Below, in pieces: positions 34,442-46,008 of a stretch of 64,000 nt of DNA. How positions within the stretch are numbered: position 1 is the stretch's first letter; each line of letters opens with the position of its first letter. This DNA is from Hyaloraphidium curvatum SAG 235-1 (Eukaryota; Fungi; Monoblepharomycota), in the NCBI GenBank assembly GCA_025558095.1, contig JAIVFI010000028.1, forward strand, positions 496,001 to 560,000, given 5' to 3'. The notes below the pieces were generated by a model, which was not told the origin of the DNA, made no database searches, and was given only the letters and a program-made list of their open reading frames with translations. Made by a program: the position numbers and the translations under genes.

Positions 34442-37157
34442 TCACGAAGCCATAAGCGCGCACCGCGCCAGCAGCTCCCCGTCTTCCGTGTCCCCGTCGA
34501 AGCTCCAGGCAAACACCCCCCTCAGCGCGTTGGCTTTCGCGTAGTTGACCTTGAGGTCGATGTCCCTCGGCATGTCGAACGACCACCAGTTCCTCGACAC
34601 GGGGTCGTACTTGTAGCTCTGCTGCGTAGTGTTGTGCACGTACACCGTGCCGGGGGAGGCCTTGAGCACGCGGTAGTCCTCGATGCCCTGCTCGTACGTC
34701 CCCGGTGCGGGCCCGGTGGCGGGCTGGTACAGGCCGTTGGTGCCGCCCGCGTTCACGCCCGTCCCTAGATAAGGAAAAACGTGGTTAGCATCCGTATCAT
34801 CGTGGGGGAAGGCAACGGAGGGACTCACATCCGCGGCCGTAGAACGGCACGCCCACGAGCAGCTTGCCCGCCGGCATCCCCGCCGCCAGCAGCCTCTCCA
34901 CGGCGTCCTTGGTGTTGTAGTACCGCATGCTCGGGTTCGGGGAGGAGAAGGACGGCGACGCGGGGTCGGGGTACAGGTGCGACTGGAAGTTTGTCGGGCC
35001 GGCGGCCGCCCACGCTCTGTAGATCGGCATCCGATCAGCTCCAACTGGTGGCGATTGTGCGGCGCAGAAACCCACCCGTTGTAATCGTAAGACATCAGGT
35101 TGGCCCAGTCCAGGTGCTTGCTGTACTCCGCCGGATCCGTGGCGTCGATCTTGTCCCGCCCCGCGCCCAGCGCGACCGTCAGCCCGTACGCCTTGCCGGT
35201 CTCGAGCGAGAGCGCGTCGAGCTGGTACCGGAACTCCTCGAGTAGCAGGTTGAAATTGACCTTGTCGTCGGGGGAGACGGTGTTGTAGGGGAGGCCGACG
35301 ACGCCGGGGTATTCCTGCGGGTCGCGGGGTCAGGAACAGAAGCCGATGGGCGCGGGAGTTGCTGCAAACTCACCCAGTCGATGTCGATCCCGTCAAAGAT
35401 CCCCGCCGCCGCCCCCGGCCCGCCGCGGCCGTCGAACAGGGGCAGGTTCCCGCGGATGTAGAGGTCGACGCAGCTCGCCACGAGCCGCTTGCGCGAGACC
35501 GAGGTGGATGCCGCCGCAGAGAACCACTTGCTCCAGGTCCAGCCGCCCAGGGAGATGAAGGCGCGGATCTTGGGGAAGCGCGCCTTGAGCTTCTTCAGCT
35601 GGTTGAAGTTGCCCGCTCTGCGAACAAGGGTGGGTCAGCCATCATCTGGAGGAGCAAAAGAGAAGGACCCCACAGTGGCTGGTCCCACTTGTCCGCCACG
35701 CCGTCCACGGAATCCGCCGTCGTGTACCCCATCCCGTAATCGCTCCACGCGTCCCCCCCGTCCCCGTTGCCCGACTCCATCCTGTTTATGATCCCGCACT
35801 CGTAACCCCCGTCCTTCTGGTAGATGTTGCCGAACGCGTAGTTGACGAACGTCACGTCCTTTGCGTTGGGGAACGCGGCGACCTTTTTCATCTTGAACTG
35901 CCGCGCGTAGACGCCCCACTGCGTGAAGTAGGCGCCCACTTCGGGCTGCACGGGGAAGCGCAGGATGCTGCCGGGGGGGATGGTGACGGTGGGGATGGGG
36001 AGGGAGCCGGTCGCCGTGGGGAGGACGGGGGGAGTGTAAGGCGGGGGTGGGGGGGGAGCAGTGGGGGTTCCGGAGCCGGTGTCGGTGGTGCCGCTGCCGG
36101 TGCCGGTGCCGCTGCCGCCGCCGCCACCGGAACCGGGCGTGCATCCCCCGGAGTTGCACTGCCCGAAGCCGTTCTGGCATCCGGTACCGCACCATCCGTC
36201 CCCGAGGCCGCAGTATCCCAGGGAGGAGCAGCAGTAGGGGATCGGGCAGGAGCGGCCGTAGAGGGCGCCACAGGTGCCGTCGGTGGACGCGGGGTAGGCG
36301 AGGGGGCAGACGCCGGGGGTCGGGTTGGGTGGAGGGTTCGTCGTTCCCGGGCCGGGATCGGTGGGCTCGGGGTTGGCGGGGGTGGTTGCGGGGCCGGAAG
36401 GGGTTGTGCCGGCGCCGGATTGGCAGGTGCCGGCGTTGCAGTTGCCGAACCCTGGTGCAAGGAGGGAGAACGGGGTCAGCACATGCGGCAGGCATCCGGA
36501 CAACGAAAGAAACTCGCCGATCTGGCACCCGGCACCACACCAGGGCTCGCCCGAGCCGCAGAATCCGGTTGACGAGCAGCAATAAGGCGCCGGGCAGGCC
36601 AGCCCGACCGCCGCGCCGCAACCGCCCGTGTAGGAGATGGGGTACGTTGGGCAGTTGACCGAGCCGGACCCCGGGGCCGCGGCGGTGGTGGCGGGCACGA
36701 CGCGCGTCGTAGTCGCCACGGGCCTCGGGGTGGTCAGGCGCTTGGAGGTCGAGCGGCGTTTCGTGGTCGTCTTGCGGCGCTTGGTGGTCGTCTTGCGACG
36801 GCGGGAGGTTGTCTTCTTGAGAACGACGAGTTTGCGAGTGGAGGATTTTCGGGGTGTCGTTATCCTCCGCCTCGTCGATGTCCGCCGGCGGGTTGTCACC
36901 TTCTTCGCCGGGGCATTCGGCACCAGTTTGACGCCGACCTGGCGTGACGAGCGGTCCGAAGCGAGCTCGGCCCCGTCGACGTCCGTCGACCCCTCGTCAT
37001 CTCCCCGCAGGCTGCCGACAAAGAGCTCTGCCGGCTGCGCAATCTGCCGCTCCCGCAGATCGTGCCGGGCGGCGGCGGAGGAGGACGGGGCGGCGCCGAG
37101 CAGGGCCGCGAAGAGAGCGATGCCGAGGAGGCCGAGGGCGGCCAGCCGGGCGCCCAT
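34442..37157 (-). CDS. Secreted GH18 chitinase with two hevein-like CBM18 modules
   Basis: Signal peptide; K/R/T-rich tract; two CG..C....CCS..G(F/Y)CG....CG.GCQ modules; SLGGWTWS; FDGIDIDW|EYP (DxDxE); MSYDYNG; GVPFYG. Confidence 0.93.
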
Positions 37158-37999
37158 CGCGGCGGGGATCCGCACGGCACGGCGTCCGCGAGGGGCGGGA
37201 GAGTCCGAGAGAAGATGCAGCGGCGGGCGAGGGGGCACGAAGGGTCCGCCGGAACCGGCAGACAAAGCGCTGCGGCGGGGGCCGACTGGCGCTGCCGGCG
37301 CCGCGGGATCCGGGCCGCCGGCGCAAGTCCCGAGATGCAAATGGTCCATAATCAGTCTAGAGATCGTCCGAGGTGTGTTCGTGAATGCTGCGGGGCACCG
37401 CCGTGGTCATCCTCTTTGGGTTGCGGCAGGTTGGCTGCGCCACGACGGGGACGCGCTTCGTCACCTCGCCGCAGGCGTCCCTGCACCGACTTCTTGGAGC
37501 CTGCACGCAACCCAGTTGCCGATCCAGCACGATCGGCGCCAGCAAAAAATTCAGTGGTCCCGCTCGGGCGATTCCGCACAGTCTTCCCGCCGATCACCCC
37601 TCAAACGAACTGCACGTCCCCGCGGCAGATCCCCCACGCCGCAGCAAGCAAAAAGGAGTCGTGGCTTGGCCGGATCCCTGGGGACAATTCCGATGACGTT
37701 CCGTGCAGGGGCAGATTGGTCGGGACGGTGGGACGGGGGCCCGCGGGCCAATGATCTCACAAAGACGGCCACGATCGCGTAGCCGGGCGGCGGTTAGGAG
37801 GAGCGGGCCGCGAAGTGCTCGGAGCGGACGTTCCATGACTGGCAGCTGGAAGACGCTTTCTGTTCCATTCTAAATGGTATTGGCGACAATGGATCAAGCA
37901 CATGATATCAACACGTTAGGCATCGAGTGCCCGCCCGCGACCGGGCCCTTTCTCTATAGCGCCTCCCGTGCTCCAGCTTCCCTCCCGCTCGCCATCCGC

Positions 38000-38946
38000 C
38001 TAGTCCGCATAGCACGGCATCGCGAAGCACGTCTGCGCGTCCACAATCTGCAGCTTCCGCGCGTCGATCTCCTCGAACAGGCTCCGCAGGATGCCCGGCG
38101 CCGAGGACTTGTAGTCGTGCGTGATCGAGACGTAGCCGTACTGCTCGAACCAGCCCAAGCCTTCTCGGAGGTAGCCCCTGTACTCGTCCTGCGAGATCTC
38201 CTGCCAGTCCTTTGGACGGGGGGGGGAGGTGAGCCTTCCGCCGTGAGCGACCGCCAGGGGACGCAACGCACCTGCGGGTCCACATTCCACCCGATGCTGG
38301 CGAAGCCCAGCTCCGCCGCAAGGTCCAGCAGCGCCTGGTTTGAGCTCCCGAACGGAAACCTGAACAGCCTCGGGTACCTTCCGATGACGCCCTTTATCCG
38401 GTCCGCCGTCTCAAGGATCTCGCTCCGCGCCCGCTCGATGGGTATCGAGGTCATGTCCGGGTGCAGCATCGTGTGGTCCGCGATGCAGTGCCCCTCGTCG
38501 TGGGCCCGTTTGAGCAGCTCCCGCGCCTGCGGGTTGTTGGCAAGATAGCTTCCGATGACGAAGAACGTCGCGCTGGCGCCCCGGGAGGAGAGCATGTCCA
38601 GGATCTGCGGCGTGTAGGGGGGGAGCGGGCCGTCGTCGAAGGTGAGGTGGATCTGGTTGGGGTGCTTGCAACCCGAGATGATCCACGCCGGCGGCGCGCC
38701 CGTAGCGAGGGGTTCAGCCGGAGGCGGCGCCGGGGCGGGGGGGAAGCACACGCTCCGTGCGGTACACTGCGCCCGCACGCAGCAGCCCGAGGCGCATTCT
38801 GGGCCCGAGGATTTGCAGTGCTCGCCGAGGGGCTTCGGGCGGGGTTTGGCGGCGTGCGGCGCGGCGGCGGGGGCGGCGTCGGCGAGGAGGGCGAGGGCGG
38901 CGGTAGCGGCGAGGAGGAGGGCGAATCGCGCGGAGAGAGATTTCAT
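38000..38946 (-). CDS. Secreted CE4/NodB polysaccharide (chitin) deacetylase, 2 exons
   Basis: Signal peptide, small Cys-rich module, TFDDGP, ATFFVIG, HTMLH, FRFPFG, WNVDPQ|DW. Confidence 0.9.
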
Positions 38947-39602
38947 GGCGGCGTTGCGCGCTCCGGGCAATGGTTCCGAGGTGGCTGCGGCCGATAGCGG
39001 CCCGGGAATTGCAGGTTTTGAAGTGGCCGTGTCGCCCGGACCCTCAAACCCCAAACCCCTCTGCCCGTTTTCCCATCCCTTGACCAAGATTCTGCCGCCG
39101 GATTCTGGCGACAAGGCTCCAAATGAAAGCCCACTTCCGAGTGCTTAACTGCAGCCTGCTGAGCCCGGGAAGAGGCGGATCAACCAAACTCGGGCAGCGG
39201 GAATCGGCCCTTTCCGGAGAACGGCGGCGCCCGGGTCAGTTGGACGTCATTTGGCTGGCCCGTTGGACGCAGGGCATACGTGAAACTCGCTCGGAGGTGG
39301 ATGGCTTGACACCCGGCTACGGACGATGGCATTTGCGGGATTATGGCCGGGGCGCCGGTCGGCCCATTGCGCAGTGCTCTAGCCCGGATTACGCGTCCGA
39401 CGTGGCGAAGAGCTCGAGGTCGCGGGCGGCGGAAAGCAGCGGGAGGACACGAAACGCGCAGCAATCGCCTCGTCCTCATCCCCGCGGGTGAAGCACGCGC
39501 GCGCGCCACGCCTGCGGCTGTCGTCCCCTCATTGGTCCCCGGGCTCCCCGCCTCGTTTTGCATTGCCGGGCTTTTTGGACGCGTTCCGATCGCCATCTGA
39601 CC

Positions 39603-40799
39603 ATGGCCTGGAGCTCCTTCAACGAGGCCGCGTTCCTGGACGCGCTCGACGGCCAATTCGGGGCGCGCACCGAATGTCTGGACGCGCTTTCCAAGGCGGC
39701 CAAGGCCGGACCGCTCCTCGACGAAGCGCACCTGGAGGATGAGCCGCTCGTTCGCAGCGCTTCAGACTTCGCAGGTTCGCTGTGGGAGACCGTGCACCTC
39801 CTGCAAGCCTTTGTGGAGGCCTCCATCGAACCCGCGGACCGCAGCCAGCGCGCCATGCTTAAGCCCTTTTTCGCGGACCATCCGGACCGCATGCCGGCCG
39901 GCCAGCCTGCTCCGGAACTCGCGCAGCGGGTCATGGGCCGCCTTCTGAACCCGGTCGTCGGCCTGGTCCGGAGGATCGCGGCCCTGTTCCTCGACGCGGA
40001 CGTCCGCTCGGCCTGGCGCTTCCCAACCCTGGAGCAGACCTTGAACGCCTGCAGCGGCTCGCCGGGAGCGTCGGCGGGCTTCCGGAGCATGCCGTTCGAC
40101 TGCGGCCTCTCGCCCGTGATGCAGATAGCCCTGGCCCTGTTGGGGATCATCATGTTTTCGCAGCCCTTGCGGCGGCGCATAGCCGACGACGTGGAACTGC
40201 TCGAGAGCCTGGCCAGCTGCGCAGCCTCCGGCCCCCGCCTCATGCAGCTGCTTTGGATCCCCCGGTGGCAATCGAATGCGCCGGACCCGGTCCTGGACCA
40301 AGCCATCCGGGAAGTCGAGAGCTTCATGTCGATCATGATAACGTTCATCAGGGAGCGTCCGGGGCCCATCAGGCGCTTGGTGCAGCAGAAGCTCGGAGGT
40401 TGCCGCGACACGGTCGAGGTGAGGGACAGGATCCCGTTCCTCCGGATGCTCGACACCGCGGCGCGGATTGTCAAGGACCTTCCTCCCAACCGGAAGGCCG
40501 ACATGGGGAAGAGCTACTCCGACCTGGTCCGCATATTGGCTCTGATCGCGGAAGCCGTGGCTCCCGAGACGTTGGGCCCGGGCTACTCCGTTCCGCAGAG
40601 GTCAGACCACGGCGGGCTCCCGAACGTCGCCACCGGCGACGACTGCTGCGATCGGTGCTGGAAGCACCGGGGCGAGGTGAAGCTGATGCGGTGCGGCCGG
40701 TGCGGGGTCGCGAGGTACTGCGGGGCCGAGTGCCAGCGCGCGGCGTGGAAGGAGCACAAGAAGGACTGCGTTCCGAGGAAGTCGTCGAACGGTCGGTAG
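39603..40799 (+). CDS. Protein with a C-terminal MYND zinc finger, intronless
   Basis: CDRC..LMRCGRCGVARYCGAECQRAAWKEHKKDC. Confidence 0.85.
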   Translation: MAWSSFNEAAFLDALDGQFGARTECLDALSKAAKAGPLLDEAHLEDEPLVRSASDFAGSLWETVHLLQAFVEASIEPADRSQRAMLKPFFADHPDRMPAGQPAPELAQRVMGRLLNPVVGLVRRIAALFLDADVRSAWRFPTLEQTLNACSGSPGASAGFRSMPFDCGLSPVMQIALALLGIIMFSQPLRRRIADDVELLESLASCAASGPRLMQLLWIPRWQSNAPDPVLDQAIREVESFMSIMITFIRERPGPIRRLVQQKLGGCRDTVEVRDRIPFLRMLDTAARIVKDLPPNRKADMGKSYSDLVRILALIAEAVAPETLGPGYSVPQRSDHGGLPNVATGDDCCDRCWKHRGEVKLMRCGRCGVARYCGAECQRAAWKEHKKDCVPRKSSNGR

Positions 40800-41044
40800 A
40801 GATGTGTGCAGGTCCTGCCGAGGGTGGCAAAGTTCCGATGAGAGACCTGGCTATAGTCAACCAACGGCGGGCCCGTGCGTGATCGCAAACCAGGAAAGGG
40901 GTCATGAAGCTTGAGATTAGCAGAGATGCGGAGCGATGCGGATGAGATTGAACAGGATTCATGTACATTGTGCGGAAGTGAACTAGCACACATGTGGTGC
41001 TACACTAGTCGACAATCTCGACCTCGGCATCGTCGTCTTGTAGA

Positions 41045-42082
41045 TCAACAGCAGAGGTTTAGATCGGTGCGCCAGGGGCACCGGGGCACGAATAGCTCAC
41101 CTTCCGACCCAGAATGGTCGACGGGTCCCGGCTCCCTCTCCTGCACGCCGAGCACAACTGAGGCGAGGCTCCTGCGCTGTACTACCTGTGCATCCAGCAG
41201 CAGGGGGGCCGAGGGGTCAGTGGATTTCCCCTTGCGCTTACGGAGGGTCGATGCGGAGAGCAGGGCCGCGTCGGAGGAAGAAGGGGCTGGTTGGGCCGGA
41301 GGAAGGTCAGGCTCTGCTGGGTCGTGCGAGGTATTCTTGCGCTTGAGGTACAAAGTGATGGGATTCTGCGCCGGATCACCGACGAAGAGGGCGATCAGGT
41401 TCCTTGCTAGGAGACAAAGCTGTTCGAAATTGGGACGCTCCGTGCACGGATCCGCCTGCTGCTGGGCGCCGTTTCCGCAGAAGGCATCCAGCACCTGCCG
41501 CAGGAGCGCCTTCCGTCCTCGAGTCGCATCGACTTCCAGGTTCCAGACGGTGCCCTCCTCGACCTCGATGGGAGGCAGGCCGTCCCTAATGCGCACGACT
41601 TCATAGCCAAGGCTGCAAAGCACTTGGCTTTTGAAGACGTCTGCGTCATACTTCTCCGCGTGCCAGCGGCAGCCATCGTAGAAGAACGCGATTCGGCGCT
41701 CCTGTTCGTCGTCCTCCCCGGGGAGAATGAGCTCTGCGTCGGGCGAGATCCATCCGGTGACAGTTTTCTCGGTCGTGGCCACCCGAATTCTCGTGATCAT
41801 CAGCTCACGGATCCTCGATGCGTCCCAATCGCGCACCAGTTCGGGCGCCACGGCGGCCAGGTAGCCCACGAAGGCATGAATTTCTTCGACGGATCTCCCC
41901 GTGAGCTTGCCCTTCCCACACGAGTCCAAACCCGTGCACAGGCTGCGCCAATGACCGTGTTCGCAGATGACTTTCTGGCCGCCGCATTTCTTGCAGAAGT
42001 ACATGTGCTTGCCGTGCTCGCAGATGCCGGACCCTCCGCACTCAATGCAGAGGTAGCGGCGCCGGCCATGCTCGCAGATCAT
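41045..42082 (-). CDS. CxxCGG..ICEHG zinc-repeat protein fused to a Vsr/DUF559-like endonuclease domain
   Basis: Three to four repeats (CKECGGSMICEHG, CIECGGSGICEHG, CKKCGGQKVICEHG), then SPD..IAFFYDGCRWH..D..K..L..LGYEVVRIRD. The frame stays open upstream to an acceptor-like site at ~42140, so the start is uncertain. Confidence 0.7.
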   Translation of the reverse strand: MICEHGRRRYLCIECGGSGICEHGKHMYFCKKCGGQKVICEHGHWRSLCTGLDSCGKGKLTGRSVEEIHAFVGYLAAVAPELVRDWDASRIRELMITRIRVATTEKTVTGWISPDAELILPGEDDEQERRIAFFYDGCRWHAEKYDADVFKSQVLCSLGYEVVRIRDGLPPIEVEEGTVWNLEVDATRGRKALLRQVLDAFCGNGAQQQADPCTERPNFEQLCLLARNLIALFVGDPAQNPITLYLKRKNTSHDPAEPDLPPAQPAPSSSDAALLSASTLRKRKGKSTDPSAPLLLDAQVVQRRSLASVVLGVQEREPGPVDHSGSEGELFVPRCPWRTDLNLCC

Positions 42083-42377
42083 TGAGCCTCCGCATTCTTT
42101 GCAGCCATGGCGATGCTTGCCATCTTCGGCGCCATCGAGCAGCTGCGGCGACGAAAGTCAGGCTCCACACCTCCACGCCCACCGATGCACCCCCGCTCAC
42201 CTCAGCGCGACGTGCGACGTGTATCTAAGTTTACCTGCTCGATTGCCGGCGCGATTTGCTTGTCCTCGACGCGATGCGGGCCCGCGGTTTTGTCTCAAAA
42301 CGCAGTGCCACAGCTAAGCCCCGAGCAGAAATCCCTTCAGAAATCCACAAGGGTGTCTCCCTGCCTCCACCGCGTCG

Positions 42378-44073
42378 ATGGCATCGCAGCAGGCTCCGTC
42401 CGACGCGCCCTCGGGCCCCGGGAACCCGGGCAGCCTTGGCCCGCACGATGTCGGGGGGCTCACGTGGGCGGATTACGCCAAGATGCCGCTGGATCTGCGC
42501 GACCACGTCAAGGCTCACTGGGAGAAGGAGATGGACGTCCTGCTTGGCTTGCTCTGGTGTAGGCCACGTGCGCCGTCGGCTGCGCAACTCAATGCTCATG
42601 GACGCGCCGGACAGACAAGAAGATGATGAACATCGACCAGCTTCGCCGGGGAATCGAGTATCTGGAGCCTGAGGCTTATGCTACGTGGACCTACTACGGA
42701 AAATGGGCGGCCTCCATGACCAGGATCCTCGTCGAGAAGGGAGCCATCACGCAGGAGGAGATCGACGCCGAGCTCGGGCCCACCCAGTCCGAGGATAAGA
42801 TTGCCTTCAACGTCGGTGACCGGGTGACCGTCAAGCCGGAGCTCACCAAGTCGCGCTGGAGGAAGCCTCAGTGAGTGACATCGGTGTAGCAAGCATTCGT
42901 TCGCGGCTGAGCACCGGCTTTATTTCCAGCCTCCGCACCCCGGGCTACATCTACGGGTGCACGGGTATCGTCGAGCGCGTCGCCGGCGTGTTTCCCAACC
43001 CAGAAGTCGGAGCGTTCCGGACCTCGCATAAGATCATGTCGCCGCTTTACAGGTTGGTCCTTTGATATGTTTCATTTGGCATGGTTCTGACGGAAGGGAC
43101 AGGGTTCGGTTCAACCTCAAGGACGTCTGGCCCGAGAACCCGGACGGCGAAAACAACAACACCACCATCGACGTCGAAATTTACCAGCACTGGCTGGTCC
43201 CGGCTTCGTCGGCCGCGGCGCCTGCCCCCGCACCGGCGCGTTCGGCGCACGCTCATTCGCACGAGGGGCACTCCCACGATGGGCACTCGCACGGCGGCCA
43301 CTCGCACGACCATGACCACGACCACGACCATGACCACGCCGGCGGGGACCATGGTCACAAGCACGAAGAGCGCGCCCAGGTGGAACAGGCCGCGGTCGAC
43401 AAGGAGGGCGAGCCGCACCCCGAGCAGACCCTCGCCGCCGCCCTCTTGAACCTCTGCGTGGCCAAGGGCATCGTGACCAGGGAAGAAATCAGGAGCTCCA
43501 TCGACCAGCAAGACACGCAGTACGCGGGGATGACGGCGGGACCGATGCTGGTCGCGAAAGCCTGGGTCGACCCGGAGTTCCGGGAGAGGCTCGTCAAGGA
43601 CTGCAAGGCGGCATCGGCAGAACTGGGGCTGAAGACCACCACCGGTGCCGAGCCGGAGATGGTCGCGGTCCTCAACGAACCTGGAAGGCACAACGTCGTC
43701 GTTTGCACCTTGTGCAGCTGCTGTGAGTTGCTCGTGCCTCCGTCTTTGTTTCCGGCCTCACGCGCTCGACGCAGATCCCCGCGCGGTGCTTGGCTTTCCG
43801 CCGGACTGGTACAAGAGCCGAACGTACCGCAGCCGGATGGTCCGCAACCCACGCGCGCTCCTCGCTGAAGCCTTCGACCTCGTCATCCCCGAATCGACCG
43901 AGCTCCGCGTCCACGACTCCAACGCCGACCTGCGCTACATCGTGATCCCGGAGCGGCCGGCGGGCACCGAGGGCTGGAGTGAGGAGAAGCTGAGGTCGCT
44001 GGTGACCCGCGATACCATGATAGGCGTCGCGGTGTGCAAGGTTCCCAGCTCGGAGGGCACGCCCAAGATTTGA
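42378..44073 (+). CDS. Fused beta-alpha cobalt-type nitrile hydratase, copy 1 (5 exons)
   Basis: Beta part: GPHDVGG, WEKE, LRRGIE, YYGKW, FNVGDRV, KPH|LRTPGY, PLYR|VRF. His-rich linker. Alpha part: [22 protein letters not shown]|[40 protein letters not shown]. Confidence 0.93.
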
Positions 44074-44252
44074 TGCAGATCACGTGCAGGACTAGCCTTG
44101 GCGGACAGTAGTTTCTCGTTGATTTTGCGCGAGGAAAGATCTGACGGAGGATCCGATCGACAATCTTCTTCGTGCATGGGCGCTCCCGATCGCGCAACGC
44201 CGTCAACAATCTGTCCCCCTTCTCGAATCCTCCGTTCCGTCAAGAGCACACG

Positions 44253-45932
44253 ATGCCATCTGACACGGGATCGCCCGAGGACCATTCGGGTCCGGGACAC
44301 CCCGGCACCCTCGGTCCGCACGACGTAGGCGGGCTCACATCGGCGGAGTACGCCAAGTTGCCGCTCGACCTTCGGGAGCACCCCAAGAACCAGTGGGAGA
44401 AGGAAATGGACGTGCTCTTTGGCGTCATATGGTGTCGGTGATTTGCATACGTGGAAACCATGTGTCCGTACCGACGCGTTTGCCGGGCGACAGACAGGCA
44501 GCTCATCAGCCTGGATCAGTTCCGGCGCGGCATCGAGTATTTGGAACCGGAGGCATACAGCACGTGGTCCTACTACGGCAAATGGGCTGCCACGATGACC
44601 CGATCTTTGATCGAGAACGGAGCGGTTACCCAAGAGGAGATTGACGCCGAGTTGGGACCCGTCGAGTCGGAGGAGAAGGTTGCCTTCGCCGTCGGCGACC
44701 GGGTGACCGTCAAGCCGGAGCTCACCAAGTCGCGCTGGAGGAAGCCGCAGTACGTCGTTTCGTGGGGTGCTTGGCTCGCGGTTCCTGGGCCAACCGAGCT
44801 CTCCCAGCCTCCGGACCCCAGGTTACATCTTTGGGTGTTCCGGCATCGTGGAACGCGTTGCCGGCGTGTTTCCCAATCCCGAGGTTGGAGCCTTCCGGAT
44901 TTCGCACCAGATTATGTCGCCCTTGTATCGGTCGGTCTCTTCGTTTGTCGCGTTGAGCCCGAACTCACGCTGACACCGCTCGACCAGAGTCCGCTTCAAC
45001 CTCAAGGACGTCTGGCCGGAGAACCCGGACGGCGAGAACAACAATACGACGATCGATGTGGAGATCTACCAGCACTGGCTCGTTCCTGCCTCAACTGCTC
45101 CGGCTTCTGCCCCCGTCGCAAGGTCGGAGTCGTCTCACGGCGGACACTCCCACGACGGACGCTCGCACGGCGGCCACTCGCACGACCATGACCATGATCA
45201 TGATCATGACCACGCCGGCGGGGATCACGGGCACAAGCACGAAGCGCGGGCCGAGGTGGAGCAGGCGGCGGTCGACAAGGAGGGCGAACCGCACCCCGAG
45301 CAGACGCTGGCGACCGCCCTACTCAACATCTGCATTGCAAAGGGCTGGACAACGAGGGAGGAGATCCGGAAGATGATCGAGGACCAGGATGCTGCTTACG
45401 CAGGGAATGTCACCGGGCCGATCCTCGTGGCGCGTTCGTGGGTCGATCCCGCCTTCAAGGAGAGGCTAATCCGGGACTGCAAGGCTGCGGCGGCGGAGCT
45501 GGACCTGAGAGCGGATTCTGACGACGAGCCGGAAATGGTTGCCATCGCCAACGGGCCCGGGGTCCATAATGTGACCGTGTGCACGCTTTGCTCTTGCTGT
45601 GAGTCTTCTCCGTGGCATATTCGGTCGCGTCAACCTCACTGCCGCAATCAGATCCCCGTGCTGTACTCGGGTTCCCACCAGATTGGTTCAAGAGCCGCAC
45701 CTACCGGGCACGGATGGTCCGGGCGCCTCGGGCCCTCCTCGCCGAGGCTTTCGGCCTGGTCGTCCCGGAATCCACGGAGCTCCGCGTGCACGACTCGACC
45801 GCGGACCTGCGCTACATCGTGATCCCGGAGCGACCGGCCGGAACGGAGGGATGGAGCGAGGAGAAGCTGAGGACCCTTATCACGCGCGACACGATGATCG
45901 GCGTCGCGGTCTGCAAGGTGCCGGCGTCCTAG
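44253..45932 (+). CDS. Fused beta-alpha cobalt-type nitrile hydratase, copy 2 (5 exons)
   Basis: Same architecture and the same four intron positions as copy 1; TVCTLCSC|YP; His-rich linker [27 protein letters not shown]. Confidence 0.93.
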
Positions 45933-46008
45933 CGGGGCAAGGTTGCTTCATGTTCGAAGATGTCTACCAGAAGATGTGCTACAGAGTGAATTCCGTTGAG
46001 CAAGCTGG

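Noticed and set aside
37515-37555. Sm-site-like AATTTTTTG plus hairpin on the minus strand (possible snRNA)
   Set aside because: No U1/U2/U4/U5 hallmark sequence upstream; it lies in the chitinase promoter region.
43300-43340. (GACCAY)n tandem repeat as a microsatellite or CRISPR-like array
   Set aside because: It encodes the His-Asp linker of the nitrile hydratase and has no spacers.
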